Made by a program: the position numbers and the translations under genes. A stretch of 64,000 nucleotides of DNA from a virus (lineage: Duplodnaviria; Caudoviricetes): IMG/VR virus record IMGVR_UViG_3300020388_000009. One strand, 5' to 3'. Positions 8,767 through 19,428 of the stretch are shown in pieces. The notes beneath the pieces were generated by a model that was not told where the DNA came from, did not search any database, and saw only the letters and a list, made by a program, of their open reading frames with translations. The stretch's first letter is position 1, and every line of letters starts with the position of its first letter.

Positions 8767-10650
8767 TCAATCTCCTACTATACGTGATACAGTTTTTAGT
8801 TGTGTTTTCCAATCATTGCCAGATATGGTATGTGTATATTCAGTTACAGTGAACACTATTCTCATTCCGCTATTTTTTGTGTATCTGGCTGGTAAATAAT
8901 CTGATGTTATAGTATCTCCAAAATTAAATCCTTCAATACCATCAATAGTAAGTTCCAATGTTAATGGATATGGAATTGGTGCTAATAATTTATTTTCTTT
9001 AGCAAATTCTTCCGGAGTTAATGTATTTACCATCGATTTTATTAATCCTTTTGCAGCAGTAATAGAATCTTGTGCATATGATTTTTTATGAATATCTTTT
9101 TGGCCTGGATCTAATTTAGTAATTAATTCTGCTTTTTGATTTTCGTATTTAACTTCCGCTTCTATTAAAGCTACTTTATTTTCTGCTATAATATCAGCTG
9201 CTGTTTTATTTTTATTAAGTGATGGCGCGCCACCAAATGCTTCTGCCTGTACATCGCTTGGTACTGCACTACTCAATGACATTTCACGTATACCATTTTT
9301 ACCTATTGTTGGTCGTAATATTAATGCCTTTACCGGATCTTTCCCTGGAGCATTTTTATTTACTATGGAAATTGTCCCAGCTGGCTTTGATTCATCTACT
9401 TCCAAAGTAAAATCCCAATCTCCACCGCTATTATCACGTATAGATGCAAATATTTTTCTAAAAAATTCAGAAAGATTTAATTTTGATTTTGCCTTTTCTG
9501 TTTCTTCTGTGGAATCATCTTCCTTTAACGCCTTTTCATCAAATTCACGTTGAATGTCACGTAATAAATCACGCGATACTAATATTCCTTCAGCTCCTGA
9601 TCGATTGTATGAAGATTGGTTATCTATACGGAAATTATCATATATATCGCCATCTTCTTCTGCAAATGCATCGCAATTTATTCCATCATCTGTTTCTGAA
9701 TAATTGTTTTCTGGCGATCCTTTTTTATATGGAAATAATAATAAAAATGGAGATGGGCTCCATATCTTTCCTAATGTCTTACAGTCATATTTTATATCAG
9801 AATAATTTTTATCAAATTCTATCTGATAATTATTTTCATTATCAGTAAGTATGTATCTATTAACCATCGATACTATCCCACCTAAAGTTACATATATTAT
9901 ACGAGGGCCACCAGTAAACCAACCATTCGGTAATTTTGTAGGCGGATCATAATCATCTGGGGCTTCTAAAACTCCAAAATATCCATCAATACCATCTCCT
10001 ATTTCCCCACATGTACCGTTATCTGGATCAAAATCTGAATCTTCAATTTCGCCAGTTTCTAATTGTACTCGATAGTCAATATAATCAAATATATTTTTTA
10101 CTTCTGATGTTTCGTTTCCTAAATCATAATCAGTTACAAATGTTTCAGCTGGAAATGACTGTTGACCGTTTATATCTAATTTATCAAAAAATGCACCGGA
10201 TTGCCCTTTTGCGACAGCTTTAAGAGAACATTCAAAATAATTTTGTTTTGTAATTTTAAATGAATAATCATATACTCGAAATTCATATTCACCAAAATCG
10301 GATGGTTTTTCAGGTCCTACATAACCATATTTAATTGTAATTTCAGATCCAGGTGTTAACAATGCTTCTTCTGCCTTTTCAAATGATGTGCGATCAAAAC
10401 ATACAAATGATAATTCAGCTTTACGTAATGATGCAGCTTCGCCTAGCAAAGAAATTTTCACATCTTTTAAAATTGGTGCTGCTCTTCCTGTACCATTTGG
10501 ATTATACGTTGATTTCCAACTAGTACCATCTATAGGTAATTTAAAATCTCCGCTAGAAACTGTTACAAATGCATTATTACGAATACGTGAATTTGTTTCT
10601 ATTTGTGATTGTTTAATTTTAGATTGTCTATAAAAGAAGTTACCTGCCAT
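8767..10650 (-). CDS. Putative baseplate hub protein (gp27-like)
   Basis: Follows LysM-like gene; LTPGSEITIKYGY and C-terminal LELTIDGIEGFNFGD...VTEYTHTISGNDWKT. Confidence 0.6.
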   Translation of the reverse strand: MAGNFFYRQSKIKQSQIETNSRIRNNAFVTVSSGDFKLPIDGTSWKSTYNPNGTGRAAPILKDVKISLLGEAASLRKAELSFVCFDRTSFEKAEEALLTPGSEITIKYGYVGPEKPSDFGEYEFRVYDYSFKITKQNYFECSLKAVAKGQSGAFFDKLDINGQQSFPAETFVTDYDLGNETSEVKNIFDYIDYRVQLETGEIEDSDFDPDNGTCGEIGDGIDGYFGVLEAPDDYDPPTKLPNGWFTGGPRIIYVTLGGIVSMVNRYILTDNENNYQIEFDKNYSDIKYDCKTLGKIWSPSPFLLLFPYKKGSPENNYSETDDGINCDAFAEEDGDIYDNFRIDNQSSYNRSGAEGILVSRDLLRDIQREFDEKALKEDDSTEETEKAKSKLNLSEFFRKIFASIRDNSGGDWDFTLEVDESKPAGTISIVNKNAPGKDPVKALILRPTIGKNGIREMSLSSAVPSDVQAEAFGGAPSLNKNKTAADIIAENKVALIEAEVKYENQKAELITKLDPGQKDIHKKSYAQDSITAAKGLIKSMVNTLTPEEFAKENKLLAPIPYPLTLELTIDGIEGFNFGDTITSDYLPARYTKNSGMRIVFTVTEYTHTISGNDWKTQLKTVSRIVGD

Positions 10651-10943
10651 TACTTAGCCTCTTCTACATCACGAAGATTTTCAAGTAGATTTGTAATTGG
10701 AAATGGAATACGAATTTGTTTACCGGGAGGTATTAACATGGAACCATTATTTAATTTATTTGCATCTGCTAAAACCCACCAATATCGTGGATCTTTGTAA
10801 AATTCATTTGCCAATAAATCTAAGCGATCTGTTTCGCGTGAAATTATATATAAATCTGATTGTTGTTTTGGAAATGATGGATATCTAGTCGTTTGATATC
10901 TATCTTGATTTTTTTTAGTAAATTGATATCGGTCAATAGCCAT
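10650..10943 (-). CDS. LysM-like baseplate wedge protein (gp53 / P2 gpX-like)
   Basis: DRLDLLANEFYKDPRYWWVLADAN...PGKQIRIP. Confidence 0.85.
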   Translation of the reverse strand: MAIDRYQFTKKNQDRYQTTRYPSFPKQQSDLYIISRETDRLDLLANEFYKDPRYWWVLADANKLNNGSMLIPPGKQIRIPFPITNLLENLRDVEEAK

Positions 10944-12865
10944 TATTCTAATCCTGTTATATCATATAATTTATTATCATTTTGAGGTCGTTTTTTTCCT
11001 AATACAATACAAGACATAATTACATTAGTATATAATGGTGATTGATAATCTGGGTCTATTTCCCATGGTGTTTCGTTATCCCAATCAAAACCTAAATCTG
11101 TAATTATCATTGGTGTTGCGTTAAATAATTTTCCTATTGTTACATCAACTTTTTGTCCGTAAAATCCTTCTGATCCATATACTGGATGTGTCATTCGACC
11201 TAAATTTTGTAGCTTATTCCATATGGCTTTAAAGCCATCCGGGGAAGCAGTATCGCCAGATTTACCTTGTTCCGCTACCACTTTAAAATCTAATGATATT
11301 GACCGTTCAAATGCAGAATATTGATATCGAGAATCTGCTCGTCCTTGATCCGCAGTGCCTTCCCAGCTAGGAGCAAATTGATCAGACAATGTTCCTAGAT
11401 ATGCTTTTAATATTACTTCATGATCATCACTTTTAAATTTAAAATCTATTAACGATTTTTCTGGATCTTTATCAATTTTATTTAACAATTCTAAATTAGT
11501 ACCAAAATTACTTTTGCCTTCATATGATTCACTTTTACCATCCTTTGTTCTAATTATTGCGGTAGTTCCGATTGGCCTGACAGGAATATCATTGTATGGA
11601 AGTAATGTATAATCTAAACCCTTTTCTTTTTCTGTGTTTTTAGCAATACCACCACCCTTAGGTCCTTTGAAAGGACGTGTAACTTCAGTTTCTCCAAATT
11701 CACTTTTGATTTCATTAGACGACTCAGTTGCATCTTGTTTAGTTATGAATGGTTTTTCATATGAATACCGATGATATACATAATCTGCTGGAAGATTTGG
11801 AAATAAACGATTTAATATGGCATTAATTTCAGTTAAGGTACCAGCTCGTGTTCCAATCAATTGTGTTGCAAGACTAGTGTCTTCATATCTTCTTATAATA
11901 GTTCCACCAATACCTAAAACCGATCCAGGACCTCCTATTTTGGAACTTAATTGAGAAATTTGTGAACCAATTGATATTGAATTATTTGAACTATTCCCGT
12001 CAAAGTTTTTAAATAAATTTTTTCTTAATGATGCATGTAGATCTGTCTTTGTTAATTCACTGACTAAACCACCTATAAGAGCATTTGATGCTCCAGCGTG
12101 TCTATTAATATGTACTATTGGCGCTAATGAACCTAATGATAATGGATTATATATTCTTGTTTCTGCTTTTGGATTCATTAATTGATATCCGACTTGTTTA
12201 GCTAGGAATCCTATACCTTTTGGTGATGCTAAAAATTTACCTATCCTAGCTGTATCTATCAATGTTCTGTTTGTGGCGGTTAATATGCCGCCTCGAGGTA
12301 TATCAAATGCTCCACTTAATCCAGGGCCTACATTTATTCCCCAATGCTGTGGATCAGATGATCCATCTCTTTGAATACCTCTTAAAATTAAAGGATGTTT
12401 TATATACGAATTTGGAGTAGCATCATCTCGTAGATTAAATTTATTGTACATATCATCAATTGGAGAATTGGTGGTATATGTATTTGCTAATCCTGCTTTT
12501 TTAAATTTAACTCCGTATTGATCACCGTATTTAGATTCTGGAGTAAATCCTATTCTTACTTTATCAAATTCATGAATCTGTCCTTCTGGACCTATAGGAA
12601 ATTTTGATCCGGCTCCTAATTGAGTATTTCTACTTGCAAAACCTCGACCCGAATATGTAACATCATCTATTAAAAACGAGTCCGCGGCTTGTAATTGACG
12701 ACGACTAAATAATTTACTTTCATTATCATACACTAACACATTGGATGTGCTTAATCCATCCGACGAAAAGTTTGTATCAGTTTTATCACGATTCGGTTTG
12801 TAATTCATGGCTTGACCTTTTTTGCCATAAAATGATAAATCAGATTTTAGATCCATTAATGCCAT
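10943..12865 (-). CDS. Baseplate tail-tube initiator-like protein (gp48/gp54-like C-terminal domain)
   Basis: Between tape measure and LysM-like gene; C-terminal LSDQFAPSW...GRAD...YSAFERSISLDF...IGKLF...ETPWE. Confidence 0.6.
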   Translation of the reverse strand: MALMDLKSDLSFYGKKGQAMNYKPNRDKTDTNFSSDGLSTSNVLVYDNESKLFSRRQLQAADSFLIDDVTYSGRGFASRNTQLGAGSKFPIGPEGQIHEFDKVRIGFTPESKYGDQYGVKFKKAGLANTYTTNSPIDDMYNKFNLRDDATPNSYIKHPLILRGIQRDGSSDPQHWGINVGPGLSGAFDIPRGGILTATNRTLIDTARIGKFLASPKGIGFLAKQVGYQLMNPKAETRIYNPLSLGSLAPIVHINRHAGASNALIGGLVSELTKTDLHASLRKNLFKNFDGNSSNNSISIGSQISQLSSKIGGPGSVLGIGGTIIRRYEDTSLATQLIGTRAGTLTEINAILNRLFPNLPADYVYHRYSYEKPFITKQDATESSNEIKSEFGETEVTRPFKGPKGGGIAKNTEKEKGLDYTLLPYNDIPVRPIGTTAIIRTKDGKSESYEGKSNFGTNLELLNKIDKDPEKSLIDFKFKSDDHEVILKAYLGTLSDQFAPSWEGTADQGRADSRYQYSAFERSISLDFKVVAEQGKSGDTASPDGFKAIWNKLQNLGRMTHPVYGSEGFYGQKVDVTIGKLFNATPMIITDLGFDWDNETPWEIDPDYQSPLYTNVIMSCIVLGKKRPQNDNKLYDITGLE

Positions 12866-15222
12866 TATCGTCTCCTATATGAATCTGTTGTTCGTATTGC
12901 TTGGGCTACAACTCTTCCGTCCATTTCCACTACAGTACCGACTGATATCAATTCACGTAACAAAGCATTTGTTGTTTCCAATGCTTTAACTACGCCATCA
13001 CCTCCGCCACCGCCATTGGCTCCATGTGAAGGGCTCATTGAAACGCCATCATTTTTTGTGCCTTGGAATATTCCACCTTCGCGAGGTGATGCTACAACCG
13101 GACCGCCGTTTGGATCAATACTTAGGTCACCTGTTTGTTGTGCTTTTTTGTACATTCCAAATGCTCCTCCAATTGTTGCAATTGCTATTGGTATTCCAAT
13201 TCCAAATGGTATTTGAGCAAATGTTGAAAATATAGAACCAACTGCTTTGGCCATTGATGCAGCTGCTCCGGCTAGGGCTTTTCCTATACCTGTAGTCATT
13301 AATGCATTACCTACACCTAAAGCTACATTTTTTGCCAATGTAATTGCTAGTCCGGCATTTTCTGCTACATTCATTGCTGTTTGCCTTAAAAAGGCCAGGC
13401 CTCTTGTTACCAAAGATTTCTTTTCTTCTACGCCTTGAGCTTGTTTAGTTCCTAACCCTATAAAATCTAAAGCATTTTGAGCTATTTGTTGTGCTTTATT
13501 TTTTGCTCCTATTATGAATCGCAGCTTTTGTTGTTTAGTACCCATTACTTGCGTTAAATAATTATTTAGTAATAAAGCACCAATAGTACCAATTATACCT
13601 TGTACGACAAGACTAGCTTTTTTGAACTGTTCTATAGCCGCAACCGCTAATGTAATTGGTAAAAATGCAAGTTTTAATGTAAATCCAAGTGCTTTAAATA
13701 TAGGTGATAATGCAGAAAATACTTTTACAAGTGCTTCACCTGCAGGAACTAATGCTTTTGTTAAATCATCTTTTATCGCGGAAAATGAAGCACTTAATTT
13801 ATCCGTTGCCTGTTGTTGAGCCAATCTATCTTTTAACTCTTCCGAGCTCATACTTTTTATTTCTGCTGCAGATAATCCCATGTTTGCCATAGCAGCTTGT
13901 TGGTCTGCAGTTAAGTCTCCTAACTTGCTTTGAATTGTTAATGATTTTTGTAGTTCATCAACACTCATACCAGTTGCTTCCGCTAATTTTTTACGAGCTA
14001 AATAACTCATGTTATCAAATTCTGCAATACTACCAACTTCGCTTAACACGGCTGCTGTTGCTTCTCCAATTTTTCCTTGCAATGCCAATTGCCTAGCAGA
14101 ATCAAGATTCATTTGTTTACCAGTTAATGCCTGTAATTCAAATTGAGCAGATATTGAGTCTTCAAATTTTAATAATCCTTCTGCTACAGATGCCATTGTT
14201 TTTAAACTAACACCTAACTTGGCAGCCTGTACCGCAGCTTTTTGTAACGCTTTAACATTACCTCCAAAGAATTTGGCAACGTCTTTTGCATTCGCTGCTA
14301 TATCCGCGGTAACTGTACCTACTGATACTCCAGCTTTTAAAGCATCGGCTGATACATCTTGTAATGCATTTGCTGCTTCGGTTCCGCCTAGGCCCATTCG
14401 CATAAATTCATTGGTAACGCCTGAAGCTGCTTTAGCACCTATTCCAAAGGCTTTACCTATTTCTGCTACATTACCGGCTTGTTTTGCCGTTAACATGTTG
14501 GCTATACCAAATTCTTTAACAGTTGCTTTTTGAACATCTAAAATATCTCCGGAAGTTGCTAATTGTGATCCAAATGACTTTGCCACTGCCTTTGCTTCAT
14601 TTACCATTGCCTTAGATTGCTGCAATGTAAGGCCGGTTGCTTCGGCTACGCCTTTTGCTTTCTTTTCAAAGTCTACAAATACCATGGCTAAGCCGGCTGC
14701 GATTGCAGCAATAATAGTAAACGGATTGATAAGTCCTATTATAGATGAGTTAAATGCAGACATAGCTTGTCCAAGAGTGCCCTTCTTTGCTATTACTGCT
14801 CCAGCTTTATTTAAACTTGTAGTAAATGCCTTGCCTAATTTATCTATTCCAAATGCCTTTATTAGCGCTGCGCCGCCAGGTAATTTTTTTACAAAATTTT
14901 GTACATTTGTAACTAAATCTTGAGCTTGATCATTTATTGCACCCATTTGTTTAGAAATGGCATTATTTAATTTTTCTTGATCTTTTAGTTTTTTAAGTAC
15001 AGTTTCGTACAATTTTGCTTCAGCTGCTAATTCTGTGTTTCCAGCTTTTTTAGCAGCATTACTTAATTCAATTGTTTTTGTTAAATCTTGTTGAATTTTA
15101 AGATGTTGAGAATTCATGCCAATTAATTTATCGGCATTGGCAATAGTTTGTTTATTATACTGTTCTACTTTATCGCCTAGGCTTGCCCACTGATCTTCTA
15201 ATTCTTTTGGATCTTTTGCCAT
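12865..15222 (-). CDS. Tape measure protein
   Basis: Ala/Leu/Gln-rich helical sequence with hydrophobic segments; downstream of tube and chaperones. Confidence 0.8.
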   Translation of the reverse strand: MAKDPKELEDQWASLGDKVEQYNKQTIANADKLIGMNSQHLKIQQDLTKTIELSNAAKKAGNTELAAEAKLYETVLKKLKDQEKLNNAISKQMGAINDQAQDLVTNVQNFVKKLPGGAALIKAFGIDKLGKAFTTSLNKAGAVIAKKGTLGQAMSAFNSSIIGLINPFTIIAAIAAGLAMVFVDFEKKAKGVAEATGLTLQQSKAMVNEAKAVAKSFGSQLATSGDILDVQKATVKEFGIANMLTAKQAGNVAEIGKAFGIGAKAASGVTNEFMRMGLGGTEAANALQDVSADALKAGVSVGTVTADIAANAKDVAKFFGGNVKALQKAAVQAAKLGVSLKTMASVAEGLLKFEDSISAQFELQALTGKQMNLDSARQLALQGKIGEATAAVLSEVGSIAEFDNMSYLARKKLAEATGMSVDELQKSLTIQSKLGDLTADQQAAMANMGLSAAEIKSMSSEELKDRLAQQQATDKLSASFSAIKDDLTKALVPAGEALVKVFSALSPIFKALGFTLKLAFLPITLAVAAIEQFKKASLVVQGIIGTIGALLLNNYLTQVMGTKQQKLRFIIGAKNKAQQIAQNALDFIGLGTKQAQGVEEKKSLVTRGLAFLRQTAMNVAENAGLAITLAKNVALGVGNALMTTGIGKALAGAAASMAKAVGSIFSTFAQIPFGIGIPIAIATIGGAFGMYKKAQQTGDLSIDPNGGPVVASPREGGIFQGTKNDGVSMSPSHGANGGGGGDGVVKALETTNALLRELISVGTVVEMDGRVVAQAIRTTDSYRRR

Positions 15223-15234
15223 TACATTACTTTA

Positions 15235-15501
15235 TTATTTTTCCCATGGAAATTTTGCATACTTTGCAGCTGATGGTTTTTTACCATATTTTTTTTCAAA
15301 ATCTTTAATCTGCTTTTTAAGCTCTTTGCCATGGTATTCTATGCCCTGAACTGCAGACTGTACTTCTGGGTCATCTTTCATTATCTTAAGTGCTTTTTTA
15401 ACTTTTGATTTAAAAAAGAATTTAAGTAAAGTAAGACCTAATCCTTCATTAAGTTCATTGATTTGATTTAACGCACGTTTTTCAAATTTATTTGTAGACA
15501 T
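15235..15501 (-). CDS. Hypothetical basic protein (88 aa)
   Basis: AAGGA and late motif upstream; INELNE near N-terminus. Confidence 0.65.
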   Translation of the reverse strand: MSTNKFEKRALNQINELNEGLGLTLLKFFFKSKVKKALKIMKDDPEVQSAVQGIEYHGKELKKQIKDFEKKYGKKPSAAKYAKFPWEK

Positions 15502-15526
15502 ATTATGATATCCTTTTTAATAAATA

Positions 15527-15760
15527 TCAACGTCTTTTCGTTTTAGGGGCTTTAGCGTGAGATTTGGAACGCATATTTTTCATGGCTTTATCATGTTCTT
15601 TGTTCTGATCATCAAATAATTTATTTAATTTACGTATATAATAGGATCTCATATATACAGGCATATTATATACTTCAGTATATGAAAATGCACCTTTACT
15701 GTGATACGTTAAATCGAATATCTGATCTGCTTTATGTAATTTATAGCTCGGCGTCAGGCC
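15527..15760 (-). CDS. Tail assembly chaperone C-terminal extension, probably reached by frameshift
   Basis: Frame FFGLTPSYK...QIFDLTYHSKGAFSYTEVYNMP..MRSYY overlaps the upstream gene at a T7 run; no SD-led start of its own. Confidence 0.6.
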   Translation of the reverse strand, partial: GLTPSYKLHKADQIFDLTYHSKGAFSYTEVYNMPVYMRSYYIRKLNKLFDDQNKEHDKAMKNMRSKSHAKAPKTKRR

Positions 15761-16601
15761 AAAAAAAGTCCAATCCGATGGCAACCGGACTGCGAAAGGT
15801 ATCACCGGACTCTCCATCCGGTACTTGAACAGATAAATCTATTTCTGGAGTAATTGTTTTAAGATGTATTCTAATAGCTCTGGAATCTATAGCTAATAAT
15901 TCATTATCAATAAATTTACGTACTTTATTGTTATCTGTTTCTCCATCAACTGATATAATAACATGTTTCAATGTGGTAGTTAATGTGGCATTGCGTTTTA
16001 ATTTAGCTAAACCTTTTAATTCAGCATCTATTTTTCGTTGTTGACCTTGAGTTAATAAACGTAATGCCACTACTCGTTTACTGGCAGGTAATTCTAAAGG
16101 AAATTCATTTTTTCCGGATGTATGGGCAGACCAATCAATTTCTGCTTCTTGTAATTTTGTTAAGTCAACATTTACCTTTTGATCCTCACCTGTATTTGGA
16201 TTTGTAGCAGTTATTTCATAATCTTTACCATAACCTAATACTCTAGCTGCAATCATGATTGCATTTTTATCACATAACAATAAATCGTTATAATCAACCG
16301 GAGTTACAATCAATGCTTTAAATAATTTGTCTAATACAACTCCTTGTTTAATAAATGATTGATTAGTAAGAATATCTTCTTCCTTTGCTGTCATATATTT
16401 CATTTCAATCTTTCCAGAACTTAAAGGATGTCCTTCAGGGTATAATCTACCTTTTGAAGGTAATTCTACTATTTCAGTTGGAAAATCGTATACTGTGGTA
16501 TCATCAGTGGCTTTGGATTCATATTTTGCAGTTGCAATATCTTTTAATTGTTTATCCGATAACGGCTTTGTTGGATAATCATCGTTAACTTGTTGTGACA
16601 T
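15741..16601 (-). CDS. Baseplate hub / tail assembly chaperone (T4 gp26-like)
   Basis: ELPSKG..YP, KYMTAKEEDILT, ARVLGYGKDY, DSRAIR, ends DFFWP; between tube and tape measure. Confidence 0.75.
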   Translation of the reverse strand: MSQQVNDDYPTKPLSDKQLKDIATAKYESKATDDTTVYDFPTEIVELPSKGRLYPEGHPLSSGKIEMKYMTAKEEDILTNQSFIKQGVVLDKLFKALIVTPVDYNDLLLCDKNAIMIAARVLGYGKDYEITATNPNTGEDQKVNVDLTKLQEAEIDWSAHTSGKNEFPLELPASKRVVALRLLTQGQQRKIDAELKGLAKLKRNATLTTTLKHVIISVDGETDNNKVRKFIDNELLAIDSRAIRIHLKTITPEIDLSVQVPDGESGDTFRSPVAIGLDFFWPDAEL

Positions 16602-16642
16602 AATGTTCCTTTAATAACTTTTATTTAATATAAATATGGGTA

Positions 16643-16679
16643 TAGTAAAAAAGTCCTAATTTCTTAGGACTCTTTACTA
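16643..16679 (-). terminator. Intrinsic terminator after tail tube gene
   Basis: GAGTCCTAA-GAAA-TTAGGACTT followed by T tract. Confidence 0.85.
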
Positions 16680-16692
16680 AATATAAAATTAA

Positions 16693-17181
16693 TTAGAATT
16701 GTAATATTGCATAATCATATTTCAATGTTAATTCAATTTGAACAGGATCTTCTGTTGCCCAATCCATATCGCCAAATGTTGCTGCTGATATAAATGCTCC
16801 TTTCAAAGTCCATTCTTCAACTTTGTCCCCAACCGGACCTAAAGTATTAAAAGTAATATCCTTTTTATAGAAATCTGAATATCCATCTCTACCTGTCACA
16901 GACTCATGATGTAAACGTACCCATTCCATTACTGCTTGCGCTCCGGATGGAACAACTGGATCATATAATGTTACGGTAACATCTTGCCATCTTGTCTTAC
17001 CTTTCAATTTACGTTCAACATTAATATGATCAAGAATAACTTCTCCTTGGTCTAATGATGGACGTGATGCGGCTTTAACTAGGTATGAAGGGATACCTTC
17101 AATATACATAATGAACCGGTTTGCCATTTTTGGTTCATATGCTGTATAAAATATTTCAGTTGGGTCAAGTAATTCTGCCAT
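16693..17181 (-). CDS. gp19: Tail tube protein (gp19-like)
   Basis: EPK..NRF, GKTRWQDVTVTLYDP, VEEWTLKGAF, LTLKYDYA; directly after sheath. Confidence 0.9.
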   Translation of the reverse strand: MAELLDPTEIFYTAYEPKMANRFIMYIEGIPSYLVKAASRPSLDQGEVILDHINVERKLKGKTRWQDVTVTLYDPVVPSGAQAVMEWVRLHHESVTGRDGYSDFYKKDITFNTLGPVGDKVEEWTLKGAFISAATFGDMDWATEDPVQIELTLKYDYAILQF

Positions 17182-17199
17182 CTTTGTTTTCCTCTTTTA

Positions 17200-17207
17200 T
17201 ATAAATA
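17200..17207 (-). promoter_or_regulatory. Late promoter motif TATTTATA (representative copy, tail tube)
   Basis: Same motif at 3778, 5107, 16629, 19400, 22245, 37446, 39876, 56659, 57367; TATTTATT at 6811, 15519, 32714; all just upstream of starts. Confidence 0.75.
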
Positions 17208-17224
17208 TCATGCTTTATTAATTT

Positions 17225-19369
17225 CTATTCCGGAAATGATGCTCCAGTCGGCATAATATTAAAGTCAACTACAATAAATTCAGCCGTTTTAGCAGGTTGA
17301 AGGAATATTTGTCCTCGCATTTCATTTCTATCAATTACATCCGGAGTATTATTTGTTTCATCCATTACCACTTTAAACGCATACAACCCTTGTCTTTGCT
17401 GTATATTTTCAAAATATGGATTCACAATACTTAAGAATCTGTTTCTAGTCGCTGCCGTATTATTTTCAAATATCAAGAATTTAGTTGTACTAGCAATAAA
17501 TTTCTTAGATGCTATTAATAATCTTCGCACATTTACTCTATCCAATGCAGATGCTTTTTTCTGTAATGTTTTTTGTCCAAATACGGTAACACCTGCATTA
17601 GGGAACGTTGCAATTGGATTCACATTACTTTCATATAATGTATCTCTATTAGCATGAGTTAATTTTCTTTCTGTCTGAACTGCAATATCAATTCCACCTC
17701 TATTTAAACCAGCTGGTGCAAACCATGGAGCGGCTACTCGATCATTAAATGCATATACACCTGGTATCACTGTAGATGCAGGAACCCAAACATTTTTTCC
17801 TAATTCATTATCAGGTATTTTAACCCATGGCCAATACTCAGCTACATAATTTGAATCTCTTGATTCTGCTTTAGCAGTTGCTTGCGATATTGATTGTCCA
17901 TATTCAACTGGATCGATTACCAAGAAACAATCACCCCGATCCTCTACCATACTCACTGCTTCTGTTAACACTGTAGCATGGTTTGGATGATTATCGACTA
18001 GACCAGGCAATGACAATAAATTGATATCATATTCATCTTGATTTTTTAATAAACGAATTGCATCAATATATGCATTTTTACCATTAGCTGCTACACCTAA
18101 ATTATATCCCTGTACATTGGCATCAGTTACATTTTCATAAAATTGCTGTGGATGCTGTAAATTACCATCCGATGCTCCGGAGAATGAACCGGAACTAACT
18201 ACAGGTAAACTATCTTCAGATCCGGCAACTCTTTTGTTTCCATTTGCATCTAAATAATTTAAAGTATTTTTTGCAACTGCAATTCTAACATATTTAGATC
18301 TATTTGGGAATGACCCAGATAATTGAAGGAATGGATCGACACCACCTGCCCCTCTAACGGTAAATACTTGATCGCCAATAACTTTTGCAGCATAATTTGA
18401 TGAATTAGGATCTAATGTTAAATTATTATATTGCTCAACAATGGATTTTCTATTACTTGTATCATCACCTCTTCGTATAATTAAATTGAAAGTACCTTTG
18501 TTTTCATTTTTAGATGTCACTTCCCATCTAATGTTATTTTCAGATCCGGATGCTAATGAATTATTTGTTCCTTGAGGTCCAACACTATTTTGGTCAGCAC
18601 CTTCAGATAATGTTGTTAATGTAAATACTGGTTCAGCTGTTGATGAATTAGCACCACCTGCCATTGTAAATTTATTCGTTCCGGCTGTAGTTCCAAATAC
18701 CGATGGAGCTGCGGCAGATGCAGTTGCAAATACAATTCCATCTGGTCCTGTTCCTAATGCTGAACCTGAAAGTTGTAATATTGCGCCGGCATTGTCGGCA
18801 TTAATACCTGTCAATGTCCCGTTAGCAACCACTGCATCAATTTCTGTTGCCAAAGCTGCTGCTGTATTTGCAATTGCTGCTCCTTTTGCAAAGAATCTAA
18901 TTGAATCATCTGATGCATCAACATTTGGTGTTGTCTGTGCTACAAATGTTACTTCAGTTGTTCCTTGCGTAATTTTATACGATTCATTACTTGCATGAGT
19001 TACTAATGTTAATGATCCAGTTGAACGAACTGTTCCAGTTTCTACTGCATTGTTAACAGTAGCAGTAGCTGGTGTCATTTCTGCTCCAATACGTACAACT
19101 GTTAAAGTATCAGCATATTTCAAATACTCTTGTGCTGCATAATTAGTTAAATATTTATACGAATTTTCATATGCTCCAGAACCGGATGAAAACTTTCCAC
19201 CAAATATATTAACGAATTCTGAATAACTTGATACCACAGTAGGTATTCCAGTTGGGCCTTTAGATGTCGGTCCTACTACGGCAGCTCCAATTGCTTGGAC
19301 TCCAGCTGGTAGAAACGATTGGTCAATTTCTTTAGTAAAAACGCCAGGCGATACTATTTTTTCAGCCAT
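17225..19369 (-). CDS. gp18: Tail sheath protein (gp18-like)
   Basis: SPGVFTKEID, YWPW, PWFAPAGLNRG, NPIATF, GQKTL, DRVNVRRL, FENN, LQPAKTAEFI. Confidence 0.97.
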   Translation of the reverse strand: MAEKIVSPGVFTKEIDQSFLPAGVQAIGAAVVGPTSKGPTGIPTVVSSYSEFVNIFGGKFSSGSGAYENSYKYLTNYAAQEYLKYADTLTVVRIGAEMTPATATVNNAVETGTVRSTGSLTLVTHASNESYKITQGTTEVTFVAQTTPNVDASDDSIRFFAKGAAIANTAAALATEIDAVVANGTLTGINADNAGAILQLSGSALGTGPDGIVFATASAAAPSVFGTTAGTNKFTMAGGANSSTAEPVFTLTTLSEGADQNSVGPQGTNNSLASGSENNIRWEVTSKNENKGTFNLIIRRGDDTSNRKSIVEQYNNLTLDPNSSNYAAKVIGDQVFTVRGAGGVDPFLQLSGSFPNRSKYVRIAVAKNTLNYLDANGNKRVAGSEDSLPVVSSGSFSGASDGNLQHPQQFYENVTDANVQGYNLGVAANGKNAYIDAIRLLKNQDEYDINLLSLPGLVDNHPNHATVLTEAVSMVEDRGDCFLVIDPVEYGQSISQATAKAESRDSNYVAEYWPWVKIPDNELGKNVWVPASTVIPGVYAFNDRVAAPWFAPAGLNRGGIDIAVQTERKLTHANRDTLYESNVNPIATFPNAGVTVFGQKTLQKKASALDRVNVRRLLIASKKFIASTTKFLIFENNTAATRNRFLSIVNPYFENIQQRQGLYAFKVVMDETNNTPDVIDRNEMRGQIFLQPAKTAEFIVVDFNIMPTGASFPE

Positions 19370-19428
19370 TTGTATACTCCTCTTTTATAATCAATTTCTT
19401 ATAAATATTAACATGAAATGCCAAACTA

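Noticed and set aside
15527-15817. Independent 96-aa gene starting MESPV
   Set aside because: The start lies 76 nt inside the upstream gene with no convincing SD; frameshift access fits better, though it is unproven
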